Origin: Hemiscyllium ocellatum
Taxonomy: Eukaryota
Reading direction: 5' to 3'
Assembly (NCBI RefSeq): GCF_020745735.1
Contig: NC_083435.1
Span: forward strand, 48,484,498-48,548,497
DNA length: 64,000 nt
Positions 50,096 through 63,107 of this stretch are shown piece by piece. A model generated the notes under the pieces. The model had not been told where the DNA came from, made no database searches, and saw only the letters and a list, made by a program, of their open reading frames with translations. Every line of letters begins with the position of its first letter. Within the stretch, counting starts at the first letter, position 1. Made by a program: the position numbers and the translations under genes.

Positions 50096-51686
50096 GTTTG
50101 TGAAATTGATCTGCGTTTTCATGCTTTCTGAATTGGTGTTTTCTTTCTGGTGAGGAGATTGACTCTCTGGAATACTTTTCATTACCAATATTTGTGAAGT
50201 TCTTTTGTTTTTCATGAATCATTTCTGCATTTGTTAAACTTATATGACACATTTTTCTCTGCTTGATTGAAAACATTACAGCTATTTGTAACGGTCTGAA
50301 AAACAACTTAAGGCAGAAACCCGGAAGCGTGAGAAATGCAAAAAAACGTTTTTTAAAAAAAACTCCGTTCTACTTGTAAACTAACTGAATTTTGTTTTGA
50401 GTAGCCTCATTCAAAATAAAATTTGGGACTAAAATTTGAAACTGAAGAATTGATCAGATTACATAATTGAAACTAACTTAAAATTATAATGTGGTAATAT
50501 TTGTCCATTCAGTAATTTTGTTTTGACCATGAAGTGATTAATCAATATATGCCTTCAACCCCACTCTACTGTGCACTGCACAAGATAGTCATGATCAGGA
50601 AGGGTGTGCAGGTTGGAAATAAATTGAACTATTGCCAGAAACGTTACAGTTTTAAGTATTAAGTCCCCCCACCAACAAGGTTGCTGTTATGACTTGTTAT
50701 TTCTATTCAATTTAATCATTAGTTTGCTTGATTTTGAGCAGCTTTGTTAGACTTCAATTTGTTTTTTTTGTGAGGTTACATCATGTTCTTGGTTCTGTTT
50801 AAAATGATTGCAGAGCTAGTTCTGCTGCAAACACACCGTGTTGTGATCTGGTGATCGTTGATCTGTTGAGGAGGGACTGTGCTTGGGTAACATTAAATGT
50901 GTTATATTTGGGAAACTGTTTCTGGTTTCTACATTGTTTTTGCAATGTTAACACGGTTGGTGACAGTGAACTGCTCTTTCCTCATTCAATGCAATCAGCA
51001 TGCGAGTTAAAATTTCATAAAGTCTATTATTAAGTGAAAGGCAAATTGCAAAGGTTTTAGAAATGAAGGGAAAACAGATACCTTCAGGCACCATTTTTAC
51101 TTAAAATAAATAATTAAGGAGTAATCTAATCCATGCTTTACAATCCAAATTCAAAACTCAACTATCTAGTTCAATCACAACGTCTGTCTTTAAACAGTTT
51201 ACAAGTGAAAGAGAAATATAAATAGAATTTCAAAAGTCTAATGTTCTAATAGTTCTTGCTCTTGAGCAAAAATGCCATGACTGTGCTATAATTGATCAAG
51301 AAACACCTTTCAATTCCGCTGTACACTACATACATATTTTTCTGGCTGGAAAAGATCATTGGCAAAGACCATTTGGAAATTCTGCTCAATTCTATGAAGA
51401 ACAGATCAGTTTCACTGCTTTGATCAGTTTCACACATAACTTGAGTTAATTAATTGTTATGTCCCTGATTAAACTGGATTTGCAGGATAAAAATAAAACA
51501 TTAACTGAATTATTTAACCTGCACAGTACTTTAGGTGTTACCAATCTGTGCATTTTAAACAAAGAGTTACATTTTACAACAAAATATCAACTGAAGAGTC
51601 ATTCTTCCGGAAACAACTGCTATAGTGAGTTATGTGACCAAGGCCAAATTTTGAATTAATTAAAGTAATCCACTCATGAACTCGCA

Positions 51687-52028
51687 GGGCAGCTTGGTGG
51701 CTCAGTGATTGGCATTGCTGCCTCACAGCGCCAGGATCCCAAATTTGATTCCACCCTCGGGTGACTGCCTGTGTGGAGTTTGCACATTCTCCCTGTGTCT
51801 GCCTGGGTTTCCTTCGGGCGCTCTGGTTTCCTACCACAGTCTAAAAGATGTGCATGTTAGGTGATTGTGCAATTGAGCACAGCCATAGTGTTCAGGGATG
51901 TGTATGTTAGGGTGCATTAGTCAGGGGCAAATATAAATTAGGGGGAATGGGTCTGGGTGGGCTACTTACTGTTCAGAGGATCAGTGTGGAATTGTTGGGC
52001 CAAATGGCCTGTTTCCATACTGTAGGAA
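51687..52028 (+). mobile_element. HE1-type SINE
   Basis: ggtggctcagtgattggcattgctgcctcacagcgccagg..gggccaaatggcctgtttccatactgtagg. Confidence 0.85.
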
Positions 52029-52272
52029 CTCTCCTCTTAAACCATGGGAGTACTTGCTGCAAACGCAGAGAATTCATTTTACATTGATGTGTTCAGACGG
52101 ATGCAAAGTTCACAAATTTGCAGAAGACATGAACTAGAGGATAACAGAGCACATTGTTTATTCAGACACTGAAAATAGAGTAATATTTATTTTAATTAAT
52201 ATACTTGACGAATTTATTGCAATGTAGCAATCGGAAGGAATCTGCTCACATTAGTTAAGTGTGATAATCATT

Positions 52273-52560
52273 TAGATTAGATTTCCTGCAGTATGTATCG
52301 GGCCATTTGGCCAAACAAGTCCACACTGACCCTCTGAAGAGTAATCCACCCAGACCCATTCCCCTAACCTATATTTACCCCTGACTAATGCACCTAACAC
52401 TATAGACAATATAGCATGACCAGTTCACCTGACATGCACATCTTTGGATTGTGGGAGGAAATCCACACAGACACAGGGGAGATTGTGCAAACTCCACATA
52501 GGCAGTCACCCGAGGCTGGAACCGAGCCTGGGTACCTGGATCTGTGAGGCAGCAGTGCCA
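52273..52560 (-). mobile_element. HE1-type SINE
   Basis: tagattagatt tail and ctgtgaggcagcagtgc head on the reverse strand. Confidence 0.85.
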
Positions 52561-55193
52561 CATTTACTTAGACATCCGTTAAAGTGGGCAATAACCTTGC
52601 CCTAATTCCTTCAACAGAAATGCTTTCCACACTGGAATGCAGTATTGTTTATGCAGTGCATGCAAAATCTCCACAGTTCAAGGAACATTTTAAGAATATG
52701 TAAAAATAATTTAGAGAATAACCCATTTCCTCCAGATCTGTGCTTTAATTGGCGATATTTCCCACCTCAATAATTTTGTTAAATGCAATGACTTATTAAG
52801 TTTATTAACTCAGTGGTTATTTATGTTCATTGTGAACACATTCTCATTCACATTAATCCACTGGTTAGTTCTTCTGATGAATATTCACTTACAGTGAATA
52901 TATTTGACGTGAGGAGTTGAGCAATGTATCCTCTGGGATTAAGTCTGTTGTACAGTTTGTTTCAGTGCTATCTCTGACTAACTTGTCAACGGTCCTGACC
53001 ATTTGTAAATTGTTCAGTTCGGATACCTGAATCTCAGACAGTTCAATTTCATCTTGCGCTTCAAAACCACTTTTACCTGCCAGAAATACAATATTCAATT
53101 AGGTGCCTCAGAATTGAGAGCCCTGACTAAGTTGTTCCAATCAGAACGAACGTTTCAGGAACAAAAGCAAGAGTTTTGAAATTGGTTGTTGGCAACAAGG
53201 GATATTTGACTGAGCGAGGCAGAGGGAAATATGCTGCATATTTTCTTTGTGCCTCAGTTATGCAGGAGATGTTTTGTGACACAATGTAGAATCAGAATGT
53301 TTTTTGCATCTTATTATTTGAAAACCTATTATCAGCTTTTAATGTCACTGGCAACGGTCATGGTACATTTCAAAACATTTTAAACTTTTTCAAACTAAGT
53401 AGACCGTCTGGTGCAGCAACATTCCCAGGGGAAAGTGGAAGGGAGTTCGAGGTTGGAATCCAGTGACAGTGAATTGATGGCAATGCAATTCTTAGTTTTA
53501 TTCCTCTGTAGTTCCCAGAGAGTTTGAACAATTTGGAGCTGCTGTCAAAGTATTCTTGGATAAATGTTGAAATGTTACTTTCATTGTACAAACGTTCTGG
53601 AACAATCCCTGGATGTTGGAAGGTGTTAATAACTAACATGGTTTATATACTGTCAAAACAGGTGGGCTATGTTCTCCGTGATAGTGTCGAGCTCATTGTG
53701 TTCAGGTCTGTTGTGAAGTTATAGTAGGGTCCCTGATTCTGTGCCAGGTGGTCTGTGTTCACTTACAACCTGTTAGAGAGGTATGCAACACCATCTCTTA
53801 TCAGGTTACTTCAATGCAAGAAAGCAAATTGAGATGTTTGGGTGTTTGTTGGAATTCCACTCACAGAGGCTAGTGAAATCTATTCAGTCGCTGTCCTGAC
53901 TTGTGTCTCTTAGATATTAAACAGAATTTTGGTGGTTAGCAGCTTTTTCCAGATCAATATTTGTTCACAAGCTTTTGGGCATCGCTAGATGGGGTTAATG
54001 GAGTAAGTGCTCAAAGAAATCCCAGCTTTTGACTTGCTGTTCTAACAAAATCATTTATAACTAATCCAGAATGAATCATTTTCAAAGTATATTTGATGAG
54101 ATTATGCTGAGGCTGTTTTACTGTATATTAAACCAGTGCTGTAGCTGAATTTGATAGTTCAGTACGGTGAGGCTTCTGCTGAATCCAACACTTGCAGCAG
54201 ATGGTGATAGCTTTTCTGTTGGTCTTCCATTGCTATCTCAGACCATCTAGTACCTCTGCTAAGAATTCTGTTTCCAACAGGAGTCAAGCCAACGTAATCA
54301 CTGTTTATCTCAACAGGTGTGAGCTCTTGTGCCAAAAACATGAAAACAATTTGGTGAAGAGGGGGTCTTTGGATGCGAAAGGTTAACCTTACCTTCTCTC
54401 CACAGGAGCTGCTAGACCTGCTGAGTTTCTTCAGAAGTTTCTGTCTTTATTTTGGTTTTCTAGCATTTAAAGTTTGTTGTTTCATTGAAAAAAGTTCTGT
54501 TCGATTAAACACGTTCTTCAGAGAAAAGATGCATTTGAACAATTTGCGAATGTTCAGAGATATTATTGAATTTAGCGCCCCGATCTCGAGCTGTAGTTTC
54601 ACAAGAAACTATTATGAAGTAACAACACACTGCAGAGTGCAATGGCTGCTGTAATTGGGTGGAAGTTATTTTGATCACGCAAATAGAGAATGTCAATGAT
54701 CCCGTTCCAAATAATCAACAGAAGTTTTTTTTAAAGCATGTGTGAAACAATTAATTTGTTGAAATATTTTAATAAAAGGTATTCATGGCCAGTGCTAGCT
54801 TAATGAATGACACAATGATAGGAAGGTAGGAACAAGAGGAGGGCACTCAGCCCTTCGAGCTGTTCCACCACTTACTTAGATCGTGGTGCATCTGTGAGCT
54901 CAATCCACAGGTCTCCCTTTGGGTAAAACTCTTTAACACCTTTGTTTAACAAGCAAAAACTATCCCAGATTTACTGATTCGACTGCCCATAACAAAGGGA
55001 GACACCATTTCTGAAAGACATTCCTGTGAGTACTGTGACACAATGAGGCTGGAATTAATTGCTCATGAAAGTAAACTTTAGATCTCTGACAATTTCCAAT
55101 TGAAACATCCGAATCATCATATTTCATTAATTTAACACTATACTTCCCTGGAATCAAGAAATATAATGTGTGATTGCCTTGCTAAAAATGAGG

Positions 55194-55385
55194 AGAAAGT
55201 GAGGACTGGAGATCAGAGCTGAAAATGTGTTGCTGGAAAAGCGCAGCAGGTCAGGCAGCATCCAAGGAGCAGGAGAATCGATGTTTCGGGCATGAGCCCT
55301 TCTTCAGGAAGGGCTCCTTGGATGCTGCCTGCTCCTTGGATGCTGCCTGACCTGCTGCGCTTTTCCAGCAACACATTTTCAGCAG
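55194..55385. mobile_element. Palindromic family-A PLE mini-element in the J-C intron
   Basis: TSD ttgctaaaaatgagg (55179-93) / ttgctataaatgagg (55386-400); inverted arms. Confidence 0.85.
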
Positions 55386-55484
55386 TTGCTATAAATGAGG
55401 GAAGCTTCATTCCTATTATATGATTAAGAAATAGCTCTGTTCATTCAGTATAAACACAGTCAAATCACACAAAAGAAAACCATG

Positions 55485-55687
55485 ATTGGGAGGTGCCAGT
55501 GTTGGACTGGGGTGTACAAAGTTAAAAATCACACAACACCAGGTTATAGTCCAACAGGTTTAATTGGAAGCACACTAGCTTTCGGAGCGACGCTCCTTTA
55601 TCAGGTGATAGTGGAGTGTCGCTCCGAAAGGTAGTTTGCTTCCAATTAAACCTGTTGGACTATAACCTGGTGTTGTGTGATTTTTGA
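55485..55687. mobile_element. Palindromic family-B PLE mini-element in the J-C intron
   Basis: aaaaatcacacaacaccaggttatagtccaacagg and its reverse complement form the arms; TSD aaaagaaaaccatg (55471-84) / aaaaggaaaccatg (55688-701); hammerhead motif at 55573-55607 (-). Confidence 0.85.
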
Positions 55688-56169
55688 AAAAGGAAACCAT
55701 GTCATCTTGTGTAGACACACAAGTGCCTCAAATAATTTTCAATTCTTCCAGTGGTTGTTTGAATCTCTAGACAGGTGTGGAAGTGTCAGACTTTTTATAT
55801 CACCTTGAGAAACCAGTTGTCATCAGTCTATTTGAATTGCTGAAGTTTGTGTGGGATTAGCACATTCACAGCACTGTTAGGAAGTGAGTCCCATGGCTGT
55901 GATTGAGGAAGAGGAAACGGGCAGGGAAATAGTTGAGAGTCAATTTGAAGTCTGATTTGGAGGAAAGCTTTACATGCATGTGTGCCCTTATCCTCAAGGA
56001 TCACAATTTTGGAACATGCTGCCGAAGGGACATGTCAGCATGCAAAATGGAAGCTGAAGAAGGCATCTCGGCCTCTCTAGAAGGCTATTCCATTCATGGG
56101 ATCATCATTAATTTTGCTGCTCACCAGTCTTCCCAACACTCGATAACATTGAACCTGATTGTTTCCTGT

Positions 56170-56560
56170 TCAACAAAAGAATGGTGAATTCTTTTGGAAT
56201 TCTCCACCACAGAATTTCATAGATTCAAGACTCATCGATTCTTGAAAGCGTTGTCTCAAGTACCTAGTGTGTTGAAGGTTTTTGGCACATGTATCTTCAT
56301 TGGTCAGAGCACTGAGTGCAGGAGTTAGGGCTTCATGTTGTAACTGTCCAAAACATTGGACTGAACTGCCAGAGGAAGCGGGAAGTGCAGAGATAGGTCC
56401 CACATTGAGAAGACATTTGAACAGCTACAGGAACTGGATAGGTCTGGATGGATATGGGCCAAAGGCAGGCAAGTGGAAAGAGTTTAATTTGGAAACTCTG
56501 GTCAGCATGGGTGGGCTGGACCAAAGGAACTGTTTCTGTGCTGTACGACTTTATGACTCA
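56170..56560 (+). mobile_element. CR1 3' fragment
   Basis: LPEEAG..TLRRHLNSYRNWIGLDGYGP and 3' end tgtttctgtgctgtacgactttatgact. Confidence 0.7.
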
Positions 56561-56569
56561 CTGTCTTTA

Positions 56570-57150
56570 TGGTGGAGTAGGCTTAAAGTTGGAAGGTGGT
56601 GAGCAAGTGAGGGGCTAGATTGGGCATGTGGGAGAGTTTGGGCTGGAAGGCTGGTTGGCTGGCTGCTGGGTAAGCTTGCGTGCACTCTGTCTGGCAAAAG
56701 GTGGCATCAAGGTAAATGGTAATGGTCACAGGATAATTTGGTCGAATTGTGCTTGGTAGGTGAGGGGTAGTTTGAGCTGAAATGCAGGAGGTCTGTCTTT
56801 GCCAGGCTGGTTTATGGAGAGGTGGGCAGGATGCCAGGCTGGTTAGTGTAGAGGTGGGCAGAGTGCCAGGATGTTTCGGGGGTGGAAGGTCACCGTAATG
56901 AAGTGACAGGTGGACGTGTTGTCAAAATGCAAAGCTCGGAGTCTGGCAAAATGGTAGGTTGTGAAGCACAGATGCCAAGGGAGCTAGGATGCAATGTGCA
57001 CAGGTTGTCTTGGGTAAGATGAGAGGTCAGTGATCAAGGGCTGAGGTCATGTCTTGGGTAGTGGGCTTTTGTCAGAGGTTGTGAAAATGATGGTGCCAGG
57101 TCCAGTCAGGGCCAGATTCGCCATGGGCCAGGTGCAGGGTGGCAGGAGTG
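56570..57150 (+). other. G-rich, strand-skewed tract in the J-C intron
   Basis: Two 60-nt lines counted give 24/60 and 29/60 G on the sense strand; recurring ggctgg, gggct and gaggtgggcag motifs. Confidence 0.6.
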
Positions 57151-57194
57151 TAAATGACTGAAAGGAATTGAGATCATATGTCCATCTGGAATAT

Positions 57195-57880
57195 AGAATA
57201 TAGAACATTACTGTGCAGTACTGTGCCCTTCAGCCCTCAATGTTGCACTGACCTGTGGAACCAATCTGAAGCCTATCTATCCTACACTATTCCATTTTCA
57301 TCCATATGTTTATCCAATGACCTTTTAAATGCCCTTAAAGTTGACGAGTGTACTATTGTTGCAGGCAGTGTGTTCCATGGCCCTACTACTCTCTGAGTAA
57401 AGAAACAACCTCTGACATCTATGTCCTCTCCTGCTAGCCATCACTATTCAAGGAAAAAGACTTTCACTGTCCACCCTCTGTTTATCTTTTATGTCTCAAT
57501 TAAGTCACCTCTCAACCTTCTTCTCTCAAACAAAAACAGCTTCAAGACCCTCATCCTTTCCTCATTAAACCTTCCCACCATACCAAACAACATCCTGGTA
57601 AACCTCCTCTGAACTCTTCCAAAGCTTCCACATCCTCTCTATAATGTGGTGACCAGAACAGTACACAATACTCCAAGTGCAGCCACACCAGAGGTTTGTA
57701 CAGCTGCAACCTAACCTCATGGTTCTGAAACTCAGTCCCTCTATCGATGAAAGCCAGCACAAAGTATGCCTTCTTAACAACTCTATCAAACTGGCTGGCA
57801 ACTTTTAGGGATCTATGTACATGGGCACCGAGATCTCTCTGCTCAGCTACACTACCAATATGGATTGCCTTGGATGTGTT
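57195..57880 (-). mobile_element. CR1 3' fragment
   Basis: gaatatagaatatagaac tail; SVAEQRDLGAHVHRSLKVA..LYKPLVWLHLEYCVLFWSP. Confidence 0.85.
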
Positions 57881-58250
57881 TTGTGTTATAGGGCTTGTGT
57901 GTTCTGGGCATGAATGGGTGTATAGCAGGATAGGGTTTGTCAATGTGAGTGGAAATTTAGGTCTAGGCAGAGTAAGTGTAGTGGTTAGTCTGAGAGATGA
58001 GGTTTGGTGGTGAACTGCGTATCAGTTTGATAGTTATTAAAGTTAAAGATTACTTGGTCATTTCTCAAATCATATTTACATAAATACTCAGCTGTAACAG
58101 TCCAAAGTCTCTGAACCTTAATGGTCCTCCATTTTTCAGAGGCCTCCAGAATTCAGATCATTGTAAATGAGATGTTTCAACTTCCAGACAATTGGCCTGA
58201 GTTCAGCCGTGACAGCCATCCTCCCCGTCCCAGTGCTCAGCTCCTGCCTG

Positions 58251-58286
<36 letters not shown>
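58251..58286. repeat. (TGC)12 microsatellite
   Basis: 12 perfect TGC units. Confidence 0.95.
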
Positions 58287-58717
58287 AGTGACCTTCCTCC
58301 CAGAGAGAACATTCTGCCTTGCATTGATAAGTGAGGAAGGCTCATTGGACTTGATTTCCAAGTATGGGGACGGCAAACACGAGGGGACACAACTTTAAAG
58401 TGAGGGGAGATAGGTATAAGACAGATGGCAGAGGTAGTTTCTTTACTCATTGAGTAGTAAGTGTATGGAATGCTTTGCCTGCAACGGTACAAGATTTCCG
58501 AATTTTAAATACATTTAAGTTGTCATTGGACAGGCATAAGGATGTATATGGAATAGTGTAGGTGGGATGGGCTTCATATGAGTATGTCAGGGCAGCACAA
58601 CATCGAGGGCCGAAGGGCCTGTACTGCCCTGTACTGATCTATGTTCTATGATTCACTCTGATTTCTCTCCGGGGGTACTGCCAGCTGTTGGGTATTTCCA
58701 GCAGCAGGGTACCTAGT

Positions 58718-59030
58718 GGGGCAGCACGCTGGTTCTGTGGTTAGCGCTGCTGCCTCACAGTGCTAGGGACTCGGGTTCCATTCCAGCCTCGGGTGACTGT
58801 GTGGAGTTGGCACTTCCTCCCCACATCTGTGTGCATTTCCTCCCACAGTCCAAAGATGTACAAGCTGGGGGAATTGCAAATGTTGTGTTCAGTGATTGGG
58901 AGGTCAGGTGCCTTAGTCAGGGTTAACTGTAGCATAATAGGGTAGGGGAATGGGTCTGGATGTGTTTCTTTTCAGAGGGTGGGTGTAGACTTGTTGGGCC
59001 AAATGGCCTGGTCGCACACACTGTAGAATT
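58718..59030 (+). mobile_element. HE1-type SINE
   Basis: gggcagcacg..ggttagcgctgctgcctcacag head; gggccaaatggcctg..cacactgtag tail. Confidence 0.8.
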
Positions 59031-59375
59031 TCGATGAATCTGCATTTCCTTGGTTTGTATTTTGTGAAACTTCTCTGCTCTTCACAGCAATCCAATGAAA
59101 GTGTCAGTTGGTGAGATCGTCAAACAGTTCCTGGGGTGGGATCAGGATGTTCTTCTTCCTAAATGATAGGCAATGGTCAAGGTCGAGGGCATGTTTCTAA
59201 AGAGGGAACCAATGATCATGATCAGCAACTGGTAGGAAACAAAAATAAACTCCAGTTATGCTGTAGACTTCAGTGGGAGCATACTGGCAAACGTTTACAG
59301 CTGAGGATACATTTGAGTAACTGATAAGGTCAAATTAACAGAAACTAACATGCTCAATTGGTCATTCTATTGTAG

Positions 59376-59687
59376 AGACGCCATCTCCCCCCACGCTTTA
59401 TGGACTGGTCTCCTCCTGTGAGGAGCACAACACCGATTCGACAATCTTTGGTTGTTTGGTGATGGACTATTCCCCTGACGTCACCAAGGTAACCTGGAAG
59501 AAAGGTGGGGAGCTAATCACGACTGGATTGAAGACTTACCCATCAGTGAGAAACAAGAAGGGAACCTACACCCTGAGCAGCCAGTTAACCCTGTCCGGGT
59601 CAGCGGTAGATTGCCCCAGCAAAATCTACTGCGAGGTTGAACACAGTGGGTCACACTCACACAAGAGCAAAGAAATGCCATGTCCAG
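59376..59687 (+). CDS. IGHM: IgM heavy-chain CH1 exon (312 bp, phase 1-1, open)
   Basis: Acceptor tctattgtag; [65 protein letters not shown]; donor gtacgt. Closely resembles shark IgM CH1 as recalled. Confidence 0.93.
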
Positions 59688-59759
59688 GTACGTATTGTGG
59701 GAACTGAGATAAACAGAGCACCTGGGATTAATATGAATAAGGCATTATTTATAACCATT

Positions 59760-62400
59760 TTCACAGAATCACCTTATACAGCACAGGAAAAAGGCCCTTT
59801 GATCCATCCAGTTTACTCCTATCAATAACAGCCACCTAACTATTCCAGTCTCATGTGCCAGCACATGATCCATTGCCTTGTGTGACTTGCCCTTGCAAGG
59901 ATGCATCTCAATACTTCATACTTATTATGAAGGGCTCAGTTTCTACATGACTTATAGGTGCTGAGCTCCAGGCTAACACCACCCTCTGTTTGATTTTGTT
60001 TTCCCCTGAGATCCACTTGGAACCTCCTGGCCTTACCTTCACCCTGTGCCCCTGAGGCATTGATCTCCCCATCAAGGGGAAAGGTTTCATCCAGTTTACC
60101 CAGTCTATGTCTAAAATAATTCTAGACATCATGATAATCTTCTCCCTAATTCTCCTCTGCTCCAAGGAAAACCCCTGTCTATCTCATCTAGTTTCATAAC
60201 TAAAACCGAGGGCGGCACGGTGGCACAGTGGTTAGCACTGCTGCCTCACAGCGCCTGTAGACCCGGGTTCATTTCCCGACTCAGGCGACTGACTGTGTGG
60301 AGTTTGCACGTTCTCCCCGTGTCTGCGTGGGTTTCCTCCGGGTGCTCCGGTTTCCTCCCACAGTCCAAAGATGTGCGGGTCAGGTGAATTGGCCAAGCTA
60401 AATTGCCCGTAGTGTTAGGTAAGGGGTAAATGTAGGGGTATGGGTGGGTTGCGCTTCGGCGGGTCGGTGTGGACTTGTTGGGCCGAAGGGCCTGTTTCCA
60501 CACTGTAAGTCTAATCTAAACCCTCCAACCCAGGCAAGATCCTGGCAAATCTAATCAATACTGCCTTCAGTGTAATCACATTCCTTCGATAACATGCACA
60601 CAACGCTTCAGTATGGCCTAACCAGTGTTCTATTAAGTTCCAGTATCATCTCCCTATTCTTCATTGTCAATGTCTAGGCTAATAAAAGCAAATATCCTCC
60701 CACCTCCTTAGTCTCTTTGTCCAGACGACACAGTATTATAGGGGATCGGTGGGTACATGCACCAAAGATCCTCAGGCCTTTCTCGGGTTCCATCATTCAA
60801 AATGTCATACCTCACAGATTCTTCTGCCAAATTTCATCACCTTACATTTATCCAGAATAATTTCCATTTGCAACTTCTCTTCACATACAACCAACCCTTT
60901 TATATCCTCCTGTAATCTAAAGCCATAATGCTCATGACTTACCAACATGACAGTTTTCATTTCATCTGTGAATTCACTGGTTAATCCTCCTAAATTTGAG
61001 TCTCAATCATTGGTATGTAAGAGAAATAGCAAGGAAATCAACACCAATCCCTACAGAACACCAGGAGACATAGATTTCCAGTCACACAGACACCCGATAA
61101 CTATTATCCCCTGCTCCCATCACTCAGCCAGTTCTAGATCCAATCTGTCAAATTAGCTTGGATCCCATTGTCTCTGATTATTGCTATCATTTGGACATCG
61201 AGTTATCTCTCTGAAAACTACTATCAAATTGTTACACATGACTTTCTCTCAATAAAACATTGCTGAAAATTGTTGATTTATCTTCCAAATGAAAACTAAT
61301 TTCACTTTTCAATAGTTTCCCTACCACTGAGACTAGCTTGACAGATCTGTGTTTTCATTATTTATCCCTTCCTTTGTCTTGCGTAACAGTGCAACGTTGG
61401 CTGATCTACACTCACTTGGCACAACTGCTGTGGCCAGACAGTAATTCTAAATTATTGTCAGCGACCCAACTATTTCATCCTTTGCATCGCTCAACCGCTT
61501 GGTATACTTTTCATCTGCCCTGGAAATATAACCACTTTTCATTCAGCAAGACAACACAGAACATTACGTCATGTGTCCTAATTTCTGAAAGTACATCACA
61601 ACACCCCTCCATGATTTCTGTCCCCACATTGTCCGTCTTACGAGTGAACACTGACACAACACATTCATTTTGACCACAACCTAATCCTCCGGCTCCACTC
61701 CAATAATAACACTTAATGGGCATTACTGTTTCCCGAATCATTCTTTTATTATGAATGAGCCTGTAACTTTGAAAAATATTTTCCTTTATTTTGACTGCTG
61801 TTATTTTCTCATGGTCCCTTTTGCTCTTCTAATTCCTTTGTCTTTCAAACTCCCCCTTGCACGTTCTGTACTCCAGACTAATTTCTACTCTTTTGAGATT
61901 TCAGTATAGACCGGAAGCCTCCCTTGTTGCTCTTTATCTCACCCTCCATGCCCTTTGGTTCCAGAGCCCGTTACATTCTTGGTCCCATTCAGTGGCTTCT
62001 TGGGAAATGTCCTCCCTCTGATTTTCCAATCTCTTTCTTAAATGTGTCACACTGCTCTGACTCAGATTTACCAATAAGTGTCAGCTTCCAGTCCACTCTG
62101 GTTAAGTCATTACCTGTTCTTACTAAAATTGTCCTTCCCCTTTTCAGAACTTTGGGACAATTTCCATTCCTTTGCAGTACAATCTGAAATCCAACTGATT
62201 TACGATCACTGTCTGCAAAGTGCACCACCATTGATGTTTTACCCACTGGGTCGACTTCATTTCCAAAAGTTAAGTCCAGGTTCACCCCTTTCTTGCAAGG
62301 TCTGGATTAAAATTCTCTGTATTAATACATACTTTGTTAAAATATTCTCCTGGGGGCATTTTCAGAATTGTGCTCCCTCTAAACTTTTGACACAATGACT
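59760..62400 (-). mobile_element. Old CR1 fragments filling the CH1-CH2 intron
   Basis: Reverse-strand 3' tail near 59765; LDLTFGNEVDPVG..HFADSDRKSV (61989-62285) is the endonuclease end. Confidence 0.65.
60208..60518 (+). mobile_element. Young HE1-type SINE
   Basis: CpG-rich, little decayed: ggcggcacggtggcacagtggttagcactgctgcc..gggccgaagggcctgtttccacactgtaagtctaatcta. Confidence 0.92.
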
Positions 62401-63107
62401 ATCCAAGCCCATGCTGAGGAAATTAAAAACCTCTTTTCTCATTCCCCTATTTAATTTACATTTCTCTGAAATTTGCCCATGTCTTTGCACTTGGTCTTTT
62501 GGACCTATAGTAAGGTCTATCGTACTCTCCCAGTAGTTATGTTTGCTGTATTTTGGTTTTGAAGTACTGTCCAATTGCCTTTGTTCGAGGAGGTATCCAT
62601 GATTTCATTTCTCTTTACAGCCTAAAATACTCTTGTCAGAATTGCGACAGAAGCAACATTCTGTGCCGCAAACCCCCGCCCCTATCTTTTTCCATCTTTC
62701 CCTGTCTCGCCCAAAGGCACTAAATCCTGGAAAATTGAAATGCCACTCCTGCCCGGCTCTCAATATGTCTCCGTGATAGCAATCGCATTATTTCTTCATT
62801 TGTGCCGGTAATTCATCTGCCTTGTTCATCAGACTCTGTCATGAAAACGAATACCATCCAACGTTGCTATCTCCCTTCTGATGTTACCGGCCTATCGTTT
62901 CTATGCCTCCTTGAGTCCCTTGCTGTGTCCTATAATTTTAGCCTTTCACATTGTCCTGCTGATCTTTCTGTGTGGATCCCAGCTTCTCCAGCACTCTTCA
63001 CAATTATGATTCTTGTATCCATTAACCACAAGAAACCTTGATATATGAGAACTGATTGTATTTGTTATGAAATTCATCAGATAATTTATGCGATGTGTTT
63101 CCTAAAG

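Noticed and set aside
55194-55687. Hammerhead self-cleavage of the IgM pre-mRNA
   Set aside because: The near-complete cores are antisense to IgM and mutated (GAAACATC, CTGATAA). The sense-strand copy at about 55613-55630 lacks CTGA.
58136-58492. PolyQ-containing ORF on the - strand
   Set aside because: It is a (TGC)12 microsatellite joined to reverse-read CR1 sequence, with no gene structure.
60211-60285. tRNA gene
   Set aside because: It is the tRNA-derived head of an HE1-type SINE and continues into the SINE body and CR1-like tail. The same applies at 13105, 51687 and 58718.
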